64,000 nucleotides of DNA from Patescibacteria group bacterium. GTDB lineage: Bacteria > Patescibacteriota > Minisyncoccia > UBA6257 > JACRHW01. The stretch spans positions 5,567 to 69,566 of the forward strand of contig JAGWJP010000004.1 in the NCBI GenBank assembly GCA_028865725.1, written 5' to 3'. Below are positions 32,701-40,085 of the stretch, piece after piece (the stretch's first letter is position 1; each line of letters begins with the position of its first letter). Below the pieces are notes generated by a model. It worked only from the letters and a program-made list of their open reading frames with translations. It did not search any database and was not told the origin of the DNA. The translations under genes were made by a program, and so were the position numbers.

Positions 32701-35175
32701 ATGTCTTTTGTTTTTTTTATTGTTGCGTGCGTAATCCTTCTCATATTGTTCGTGATAGGACTTCTTATGCTTTCGCGCTTCCGTGCGCGTGGAGCCCTGG
32801 CGCGCGGGCTTAATATGACGCTTTTTTCAGTACGTGTGGCACGTGAATTTTCAGAGCGTGGCGGTCAATCCGGAGAGCAACAGCAGAAACAAGAAAAAGA
32901 CCTCATTGCGGTTACTGAACAGATGCTTTCCTCAATGAGCAGTCTTCATTCTAAAGGATGGAAAAAATTTTTATACGGAGAACCTTATGTTGTATTTGAG
33001 ATAGGGGTGCATCATATCGGCGAAGAAATTAGCTTTTATGTAGCGACGCCCAATGCATATTCCGAACTTATTGAAAAACAGATTCATTCATTTTATCCGA
33101 CTGCAGAGATTGCGCCCGCGACAGACTATAATATTTTTAATCCTGCGGGTATAAGCGTGGGTGCATATATGATCCTCAAGGGGTATCAAGTGCTCCCTTT
33201 TCGTACGTATCAGATGCTTCCCGCAGATCCGCTTGGTGATATTTTGACAGCCATGTCAAAATTGTCACGCGAAGGGGAGGGTGCCGCATTTCAGGTCTTA
33301 ATTCGCCCATCGCACAAAAAGCATTATGCAAAAGAATCGTCCCGTATTCTCAAAGAGTTGCAAAAAGGGGTTTCTTGGAAGGAGGCGTTGCATAAAGTAG
33401 GATCATCATTTGGCACCGAAGTGCTCCAGGAAATAAATCGGGCGGTAAATCCTCTTGTCGAAACGTCAGGAGAAAAAAGGGAGGAGCCGCGGCAGGTACT
33501 CCCTCATCACCAAGAGTTGATAAAAGCGGTTGCGAATAAATTTTCCAAGCCGGCATTTGATGTGAATGTACGACTTGTTGCCTCTGCGCCTACTGAAATG
33601 AAAGCAGAAGAAATCTTGCGCGACATGCAGAGCGCGTTTGTTCAATTTGAAGCTCCGGATTTTAATGCATTTCATGCAGTGGCGATGAAAGGAAAAGCTC
33701 GCGACGCATTCATGCGCGATTATTCATTCAGAATTTTTAATGAACAGTACGCCATGTTTTTAGGTACGGAGGAAATAGCAAGTTTTTATCACTTTCCGCT
33801 TCCCACCACCGCGACACCTCGTGTACGGTTTCTCAAAGCAAAACCGGCAGAACCTCCGCGCGATCTCCCCGAAGCAGGAGTTATTTTGGGAACTAACGTG
33901 TATCGCGGACAGGAAACGCTCGTACGTATTCACGGAGAAGATCGCCGTCGGCACATGTATATTATTGGACAGACAGGGACAGGTAAATCAACCCTTTTAA
34001 AGCACATGATCCGTCAGGACATTGCGGCGGGGCATGGTATTGCAGTACTTGATCCGAATGGCGATCTGGTGGATGCGGCGCTTTCATATGTGCCCAAAGA
34101 ACGGGCTGATGATGTTATTGTGTTTGATCCGAGCGATGTGGCGCACCCTATGGGATTGAACTTTTTAACGATTGATCCCGCAAAGCCTACCCAAAAAACG
34201 GATGTGATCGATGAGTTTTATAAGATTTTAAAAGCAGTATATAAAGATCAGCCGGAGGGGTTCGGTCCGCTGTTTGAAAAATATTTTCGCTATGCCTTAA
34301 TGCTGTTGCTTGATGATTATGAAAATGAAATTCCTACTATCGCCGAAGTAGGAAGAGTATTTGCAGATGAAGCTTATCGTGAAGCAAAATTGAGCCGCGA
34401 AAAAAATCCTGATATCAAGCGTTTTTGGAAGTTTGAGGCGGAGCAAGCACAAGGTGATTGGTCGTTATCCAACATGTCAGCATATATTACCTCAAAATTT
34501 GCGCCGTTTCTGGGAAATGATTATATGCGTCCTATTATTACCCAGCAAAAGAGCGCGTTTGATTTTCGAAAAATGATGGACGAAAAAAAGATTCTTCTCG
34601 TGAAATTGCCGAAAGGTATTGTAGGAGAATTGAATGTCGCGCTCATCGGTATGATTATGGTTTCTCGCTTGATGCTTGCCGCGTTTTCGCGCGCCGATCT
34701 TTCCCCGGAAGACCAAAAGAAAGCTCCGGATTTTTTTGTGTATATCGACGAGTTTCAGGATTTTAGTACGGATTCATTAGCAACCATTCTTGCACAAGGA
34801 CGCAAATACCACATTGATCTTATTATGGCGCACCAGTTTATCGCCCAGCTTACCGATAAGGTGCGTGAAGCGGTATTTGGAAACGTGGGCACCCTGCTCG
34901 CGTTTCGTATTAGTCCGGATGATGCAGAAAAACTGAAAATTCAATTTCAGCCCGTGTTTTCTCCGGCAGATATTGTGAGCATTGATAATTTTAATTGTTA
35001 TATTAAACTTCTTATTGATGGTGCGCCGAGCAGACCTTTTAATATTCAATTCGGGTTTCCTCTGGAAGGCAATATGAAGCTTGCAGGGCAAATCGAAGAG
35101 CTTTCTCGCCTGAAATACGGAAGAGATCGGGAAGACGTTGAACGTGAATATTATGAACGAAGCGCCTCCGAGTAG
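32701..35175 (+). CDS. VirD4/TraG-TraD-like (HerA/FtsK superfamily) coupling ATPase with N-terminal TM
   Basis: DRRRH.YIIGQTGTGKS Walker A, DP.GD, YIDEFQ Walker B, RKY...L..AHQ..QL, GNVG. Confidence 0.88.
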   Translation: MSFVFFIVACVILLILFVIGLLMLSRFRARGALARGLNMTLFSVRVAREFSERGGQSGEQQQKQEKDLIAVTEQMLSSMSSLHSKGWKKFLYGEPYVVFEIGVHHIGEEISFYVATPNAYSELIEKQIHSFYPTAEIAPATDYNIFNPAGISVGAYMILKGYQVLPFRTYQMLPADPLGDILTAMSKLSREGEGAAFQVLIRPSHKKHYAKESSRILKELQKGVSWKEALHKVGSSFGTEVLQEINRAVNPLVETSGEKREEPRQVLPHHQELIKAVANKFSKPAFDVNVRLVASAPTEMKAEEILRDMQSAFVQFEAPDFNAFHAVAMKGKARDAFMRDYSFRIFNEQYAMFLGTEEIASFYHFPLPTTATPRVRFLKAKPAEPPRDLPEAGVILGTNVYRGQETLVRIHGEDRRRHMYIIGQTGTGKSTLLKHMIRQDIAAGHGIAVLDPNGDLVDAALSYVPKERADDVIVFDPSDVAHPMGLNFLTIDPAKPTQKTDVIDEFYKILKAVYKDQPEGFGPLFEKYFRYALMLLLDDYENEIPTIAEVGRVFADEAYREAKLSREKNPDIKRFWKFEAEQAQGDWSLSNMSAYITSKFAPFLGNDYMRPIITQQKSAFDFRKMMDEKKILLVKLPKGIVGELNVALIGMIMVSRLMLAAFSRADLSPEDQKKAPDFFVYIDEFQDFSTDSLATILAQGRKYHIDLIMAHQFIAQLTDKVREAVFGNVGTLLAFRISPDDAEKLKIQFQPVFSPADIVSIDNFNCYIKLLIDGAPSRPFNIQFGFPLEGNMKLAGQIEELSRLKYGRDREDVEREYYERSASE

Positions 35176-35179
35176 CATT

Positions 35180-35842
35180 ATGCAGATCGTTTCTCTTATC
35201 ACTAAGGATGGTGTGCGCATCGCAGGGGACTATTATGCTCCGCGTCGAGAGAGTAATCGTGGCGCGTTGTTGATCCACATGATGCCTGCGACGCGAGTAT
35301 CGTGGCGCAGGCTCGCCCCACGGATAGAGGAAGAGGGCATGCATGTGCTTGCAATTGACTTGCGTGGGCATGGAGAGTCGGAGGGCGGACCTCAAGGCTA
35401 CACGTCATTTAGTGACGCGGAACATAAGAAGAGCATCTTTGATCTTGAGGCGGGAGTCGAGTTTTTGTGTCAGAAAGGCGTAGATAGAGAGCACCTTTCT
35501 CTCGTGGGAGCATCGATTGGCGCTAATCTAGTGCTCCAATATGGAGCTACACACAAAGTTTCAGCACTTGTGCTCCTTTCCCCCGGGTTGGACTATCGAG
35601 GCATCACTACCCTTCCTTTTCTCTCGCACCTGGTACCGGGACAACGCGTGTTCTTGGCAAGTTCTGAAGATGATGAGCGAAGCGGAGGCAGTAGCGCAGA
35701 TATGACTCGTACGATTGCCGAACATATCCCTCGGAGCATCGATAAAAAAATCGTTATGTATCACAACGCCGGACACGGTACTGATATGTTCGGTAAGGAG
35801 GATCCGGATCTTGAACAGGAAATTCTCTTTTTTCTGTCCTAG
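35180..35842 (+). CDS. Alpha/beta hydrolase
   Basis: DLRGHGES, GASIG nucleophile elbow, Asp, GHG. Confidence 0.88.
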   Translation: MQIVSLITKDGVRIAGDYYAPRRESNRGALLIHMMPATRVSWRRLAPRIEEEGMHVLAIDLRGHGESEGGPQGYTSFSDAEHKKSIFDLEAGVEFLCQKGVDREHLSLVGASIGANLVLQYGATHKVSALVLLSPGLDYRGITTLPFLSHLVPGQRVFLASSEDDERSGGSSADMTRTIAEHIPRSIDKKIVMYHNAGHGTDMFGKEDPDLEQEILFFLS

Positions 35843-35849
35843 AAAAAAT

Positions 35850-36275
35850 ATGTTTTACATTTCACCCGCATTAAAAAAGATATCTCGGTTTGCAGTGATC
35901 GGAGTGATGAATACGGCCGTTGATTTTGGTGTGTTGAATCTTGAGCTTTTTCTTTTCCCCGCGCACCTCAATTTAGCGGTGTTATTTAATACCATTTCGT
36001 TTAGCATCGCCGTGACGAATAGTTATTTTTGGAACAAATATTGGACATTTGAAGGAAAAGGGGAAGCACATGCATCCGAATTCTTCGAATTTTTAGTGGT
36101 GAGCGTGATTGCGCTCGGGATCAATGATGCTGTTCTCTACGCATTGACGAGCACCGTCAAAATCGCTACCATCAAACCAACCCTTTTGATTAACGGGGCA
36201 AAGCTCGTGGGGACACTCGTTTCTATGACATGGAATTTTCTTGGGTATCGTTTCATTTTTAGAATCAATGATTAA
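35850..36275 (+). CDS. GtrA-family membrane protein
   Basis: RFAVIG..NT.VDF, NSYFWNKYWTF, WNF.GYRF. Confidence 0.9.
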   Translation: MFYISPALKKISRFAVIGVMNTAVDFGVLNLELFLFPAHLNLAVLFNTISFSIAVTNSYFWNKYWTFEGKGEAHASEFFEFLVVSVIALGINDAVLYALTSTVKIATIKPTLLINGAKLVGTLVSMTWNFLGYRFIFRIND

Positions 36276-36293
36276 ATCTCTGCGGGGTCGTCT

Positions 36294-36659
36294 CACTTGC
36301 CCCGCAGAGATGTAGGGGAATCTATTCTTGAAAACTCCGAAGGTCGGCACTACGTGGAAATTACAAAACTTTTGCCTCAGGGCCGTTTAGAACCGGCATC
36401 ACAAAGGGGATGTGTTTTCAACGAGGAAGGGTCGTCCTTGGAAAACTGTGTGTTTTGAAACATGCGTAGATGCCAAAGGTACGAGAGTCCGCGAAAAACA
36501 AGTAAAAAGATGGCACGGAGATAATGCGTTGAAAGTACTTCTCGGCAAAGCTGCCGGATCGTCTAATGGTAGGACAGCGGCCTTTGAAGCCGTGAATCTT
36601 GGTTCGATTCCAGGTCCGGCAGCTTTGCCGAGAAGAGATAAATCTGGCGGGGTGAAGTG
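36294..36659. mobile_element. Insertion bounded by inverted repeats, in the D-loop of tRNA-Gln
   Basis: Left end CACTTGCCCCGCAGAGAT pairs imperfectly with right end ATCTGGCGGGGTGAAGTG; carries a GIY-YIG relic and an intact tRNA. Confidence 0.55.
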
Positions 36660-36675
36660 GGACAGCGGCCTTTGA
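36310..36675 (+). pseudogene. Decayed small GIY-YIG nuclease gene reading through tRNA-Gln
   Basis: Frame A ILENSEGRHYVEITK...RLE, +1 shift near 36391 to RHHKGDVFSTRKGRPWK.V..E.......RE..VK.W; ATG-TAG at 36310. Confidence 0.75.
36552..36622 (+). tRNA. tRNA-Gln (UUG), CCA not encoded
   Basis: TGCCGGA/TCCGGCA acceptor, GTCT-AATGGTA-GGAC D-arm, CT-TTG-AA loop, GGTTCGATTCC T-arm. Confidence 0.96.
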
Positions 36676-36802
36676 AGCTGTATATACAAAGTTCAATTCT
36701 TTTCCCCGCAGTCACATGGAATTCTCTAGCGTTTACGGTATCGTTTCACAAAATTTTCTTTAAACCGATTTAGAATTTTTGTTTTAAATTTAAATGTAAT
36801 TT

Positions 36803-37060
36803 ATGGAAAAAATAGAAAAATCAAAAGATGTTTGGAAGGGTACAAAATTCTGGACCGATCAGATAAAAGATGCAGGAGTTTATAATAAGATTAAACACTT
36901 TAATGATGTCATAACTGGGAAAGAGGCGCCTCACCCACAAGGATATGGTGATCCGGTTCTTACGGATATTGTGTTGGACGGAAAACGCTGTGATATTTAC
37001 CATACTGATAAAAAACCAGGCGATTCGGGTCATAGAATATACATCCATATTAAAGAATAG
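36803..37060 (+). CDS. Small hypothetical protein (AT-rich)
   Basis: Clean 85-aa ORF with an A/T leader; downstream hairpin. Confidence 0.65.
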   Translation: MEKIEKSKDVWKGTKFWTDQIKDAGVYNKIKHFNDVITGKEAPHPQGYGDPVLTDIVLDGKRCDIYHTDKKPGDSGHRIYIHIKE

Positions 37061-37176
37061 TGTCAGGGCAAATAATCTCATTCGTTCATGGCAAAAGCAG
37101 GGTAGCGATAGAAACACTCGCTTTGTTTTTGCAATAAAACTGCTCTAATATCGTTCAAGAAATTAATTCAAAAAAG

Positions 37177-37207
37177 CCTTCGGCACAATGTTGCTGGAGG
37201 ATTTTTT
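37177..37207 (+). terminator. Probable intrinsic terminator
   Basis: CCTTCGGCA-N6-TGCTGGAGG + T-tract. Confidence 0.6.
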
Positions 37208-37383
37208 CTTTTTGAATTCTTTTGATACGATGATCTTGTCCGCCTAACGAAGCAATAGTTATTCAGGCAATATTAAATCAAAGATTGCTTTTCAGAACAA
37301 AGGAGACAGCATATTTGACAGATAAACCGGAATACAATATATTTCATTTTAGTTATTGTTTAAGCAAGGAAAAGAGGGATTTT

Positions 37384-37698
37384 GTGGGACCAATTAGGAG
37401 ATGTGGTATATCTTTTCGTTCTGTAGAACATTTTCGTTGGTTTCGCGGGAGTATAGTGTCTTTTTGCCTCTTTCTGATATACATACTCCTGGTTCATGTG
37501 TGGAGCATGAGTATCGAATGGCAGAAGGCAATGTGTGTGCTCTTAGGAATCTATCATCTTTTTATCTCTTTTTTGGCCATTATCGTTACTGATTGGGGAA
37601 AAAACAATGGTCCTATTTTTTCCGTTGACTGTATTTGGTTTAATGCGCTGATGGCTTCCGTGTATGCGTGTTTTTTCTTGAGCACGTGTTATGTGTGA
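37384..37698 (+). CDS. Orphan membrane protein (about 3 TM)
   Basis: TTGACA(37315)-N17-TATATT promoter, purine-rich SD, GTG start, terminator at 37720. Confidence 0.5.
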   Translation: MGPIRRCGISFRSVEHFRWFRGSIVSFCLFLIYILLVHVWSMSIEWQKAMCVLLGIYHLFISFLAIIVTDWGKNNGPIFSVDCIWFNALMASVYACFFLSTCYV

Positions 37699-37719
37699 TA
37701 AAAAGATTCTTAATGTACC

Positions 37720-37746
37720 CCACTCCAACAAAATGAGTGGTTTTTT
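37720..37746 (+). terminator. Rho-independent terminator
   Basis: CCACTC-N9-GAGTGG + T6. Confidence 0.65.
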
Positions 37747-37822
37747 ATTTTTTGAAGTCTTTAGGTTACAATAAACATGATCTGTGAATAATGCACAGGA
37801 ACGTTTAACTATCTTTATTGTT

Positions 37823-39013
37823 ATGGAAGGAAATGCGCCGCATCATCAAAAAATAAGTTCTGAGAAGGCCTTTGAACGGCAATATACTAAACACTACACC
37901 GCAGAGGAACGTGCGCAATTAGCCAAAGAAGTTCGTGAGGAACACGCAAAGATTCTTGCCGAGAAGAAGGGTTTACGAGAAAAGATTTCTTCTTTGAGTG
38001 AGGCAATAGAGGGAAATCTTTTAAAACTTAACGAAGTAGTGAAGAAGGAGAATGATTTAGAAGAGGAGCTTGAGGGGCGCACACAATCATTTCTTCGTGA
38101 ATTTTTGAATAGGAAACGAGTGAAGGCACTGCGGGGCGAGATTGGTGTTACCGAGCAATCTCATGCGCGTATCGAGGAGAAGTATACACAACAGGTAGCA
38201 GAAATAATCGAAATGAAAGCTCTTCTTAGCGACAGAAACCGTCTTCATAATTTGCGCGCGCGCATTCGCGATTTTTATGGCATTTCAAAGGAGGATTTGG
38301 AAAAGAAAAAAGGAGAACGCAACGTGCGTGATGTCAGTACTCTCTATAACGTGCTCGTGGTACACGCAATGAAACACAATTCGAGTTTACTTGCGAGTAC
38401 GCTCACGAAGTTGGATTTCGAAACAAAACTTAAAGTCGTACTCGGTCTTGAGCCGAGTATCGCAGCGTCTACTATTGCAGCAGGCGGGGATATTACAAAT
38501 GTGATTGCATCGCAAGGAGTGATAGTAAGAACGGGTGATATTCAATATGCACGCAGGAGTGATGCCTATAGTGGCGTAGAGGGCGGACTCAGGGGAAATA
38601 GGGTTCCTGCAGGAGGGATTCCGGAAGATCAGAATATTGCGCATGAACTTGATGCCGCTATTTTAAAAAAAGGAGAACAAGGATATAACGAACTTGGCAT
38701 TAAAAATCCAGAAGTCGCAGGGATTTATATGATATTCAATAAGCAAGGCGTGTTTGATGAGAGAGCATCTGCGGCGCCGGAAGAAGAGTTACATGCTGTT
38801 GCTGCACGTTATCACATCCCCGTGTTTGGAATACAGGAGGGTACTCCCCACGAGGCGAGTTACTCTGAAGAAATGAAACATTATGTGCTTGGCAGATCGA
38901 TTACAGTGGAAGAGGTTTTGAATAATAGTTTTCATGTTTCTGATAATGAGAGGGAGAAGCTTATGCAGGAAGTAATCGAGGAAGAAGTAGTGAACAAAGA
39001 ACTGCTGCCGTAG
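37823..39013 (+). CDS. Hypothetical protein, coiled-coil N-terminus + globular C-terminal domain
   Basis: Long clean ORF, heptad-rich first half. Confidence 0.7.
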   Translation: MEGNAPHHQKISSEKAFERQYTKHYTAEERAQLAKEVREEHAKILAEKKGLREKISSLSEAIEGNLLKLNEVVKKENDLEEELEGRTQSFLREFLNRKRVKALRGEIGVTEQSHARIEEKYTQQVAEIIEMKALLSDRNRLHNLRARIRDFYGISKEDLEKKKGERNVRDVSTLYNVLVVHAMKHNSSLLASTLTKLDFETKLKVVLGLEPSIAASTIAAGGDITNVIASQGVIVRTGDIQYARRSDAYSGVEGGLRGNRVPAGGIPEDQNIAHELDAAILKKGEQGYNELGIKNPEVAGIYMIFNKQGVFDERASAAPEEELHAVAARYHIPVFGIQEGTPHEASYSEEMKHYVLGRSITVEEVLNNSFHVSDNEREKLMQEVIEEEVVNKELLP

Positions 39014-39043
39014 TGTGGGGCAGAAATTTTTCAAAAAACATAT

Positions 39044-40054
39044 ATGCGAAATGGAGCGAAACTTATTGGCGCGATTCTGGTGTGCGAGCTTGTAGGAGTG
39101 GCGGGTGCCTTTTTTACTGCCTCCGCGATTCGTTCTCACTGGTATGCTGCGCTTCTAAAACCTACGCTTACTCCGCCGCCGTGGGTGTTTGGTTCTGTGT
39201 GGATTGCACTCTATGCGCTGATGGGTATTGCGTGGTGGGTTATATCGCGGCAGAGTAACAGCACGGAGAAGCGTTATGCGTTGATGATATTCGCGATTCA
39301 ATTAGTACTAAACGCGGCGTGGTCGCCTGTCTTTTTTGGAGCGCACGCGGTACGTGCCGCGTTTTTTGTGATTGTGATGCTATGGATTGCAGTTGTGGCA
39401 ATGATTATTGCCGCCAGACGCGTTTCTTTGCTTGCGGCATGGATATTGGTGCCCTACTTGTTGTGGATGACATGGGCGTTGTATTTAAATTACGCATTGT
39501 GGCATCTCAATCCGGAGATGCCTAGGGAAGGAGTGGCGTGTACTCAAGAGGAAAAAATCTGTCCAGATGGTTCTGTGGTTCATCCCATAGGGCAAAACTG
39601 TAAATTTGCGGCATGCCCTGATGTTACCAAGTTTTGGAAAATTATTACCGACCCCAAGACGGGAGCGACATTTAAATACCCCGAATCATTTTCTACTACT
39701 TACCTATATCCCATCGATTGGCCGCCTGCAGTTCAGATCATTCATCAAGCGTTTACATGTAAAGAGGCGGGGAGTGAATTCGGGCGAGCAGGAGAAACGC
39801 GCCGCCGTGTTATAAAGGGAATGACCTTTTGTGTAACAAAGGAAAGCGAGGGAGCAGCGGGGAGCATTTATACACACTATGCCTATGCGTTTGGCGTACA
39901 CGATAACACCGTCATTCTTACGTTTAGTACGCGTAGGGTTCAATGCGCAAACTATGAGGCACCCACACAACAGATATGTGAAGGGGAACGGAATTCATTT
40001 GATCTCGACGGGCTCCTCGATGAAATCGCGCAACATCTGACCTTTTCCTCGTAA
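39044..40054 (+). CDS. tspO: TspO/MBR protein fused to a Cys-rich extracytoplasmic domain
   Basis: WY..L.KP..TPP.WVF..VW..LY..MG, QL.LN..WS.VFFG, L.PY..W; then ACTQEEKICPDGS...C.FA.CP. Confidence 0.85.
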   Translation: MRNGAKLIGAILVCELVGVAGAFFTASAIRSHWYAALLKPTLTPPPWVFGSVWIALYALMGIAWWVISRQSNSTEKRYALMIFAIQLVLNAAWSPVFFGAHAVRAAFFVIVMLWIAVVAMIIAARRVSLLAAWILVPYLLWMTWALYLNYALWHLNPEMPREGVACTQEEKICPDGSVVHPIGQNCKFAACPDVTKFWKIITDPKTGATFKYPESFSTTYLYPIDWPPAVQIIHQAFTCKEAGSEFGRAGETRRRVIKGMTFCVTKESEGAAGSIYTHYAYAFGVHDNTVILTFSTRRVQCANYEAPTQQICEGERNSFDLDGLLDEIAQHLTFSS

Positions 40055-40085
40055 GACGGGCAATAGTGCGATATGATGAAACTTT

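Larger units (their letters stand above)
36281..36711 (+). pseudogene. Interrupted outer tRNA-Gln(UUG): 5' part 36281-36293, 3' part 36660-36711, D-loop replaced by an insertion
   Basis: Acceptor TGCGGGG/CCCCGCA + G discriminator; D-stem GTCT/GGAC; anticodon arm GCGGC-CTTTGAA-GCTGT; T-arm CAAAG-TTCAATT-CTTTT. Confidence 0.7.

Noticed and set aside
32701-35175. Conjugative element around the VirD4-like ATPase
   Set aside because: No relaxase, VirB4, integrase or att repeats; flanks are envelope and housekeeping genes
36294-36659. Group I intron interpretation of the tRNA insert
   Set aside because: The insert is in the D-loop rather than the anticodon loop and is fully occupied by the nuclease relic and a tRNA, leaving no room for a ribozyme core
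36412-36675. 87-aa ORF as an intact gene
   Set aside because: The N-terminal GIY-YIG motifs lie upstream in another frame; treated as a pseudogene fragment
36679-36688. TGTATATACA matching the core of the lexA palindrome
   Set aside because: Lies inside the degenerate tRNA half and is AT-rich; likely coincidence
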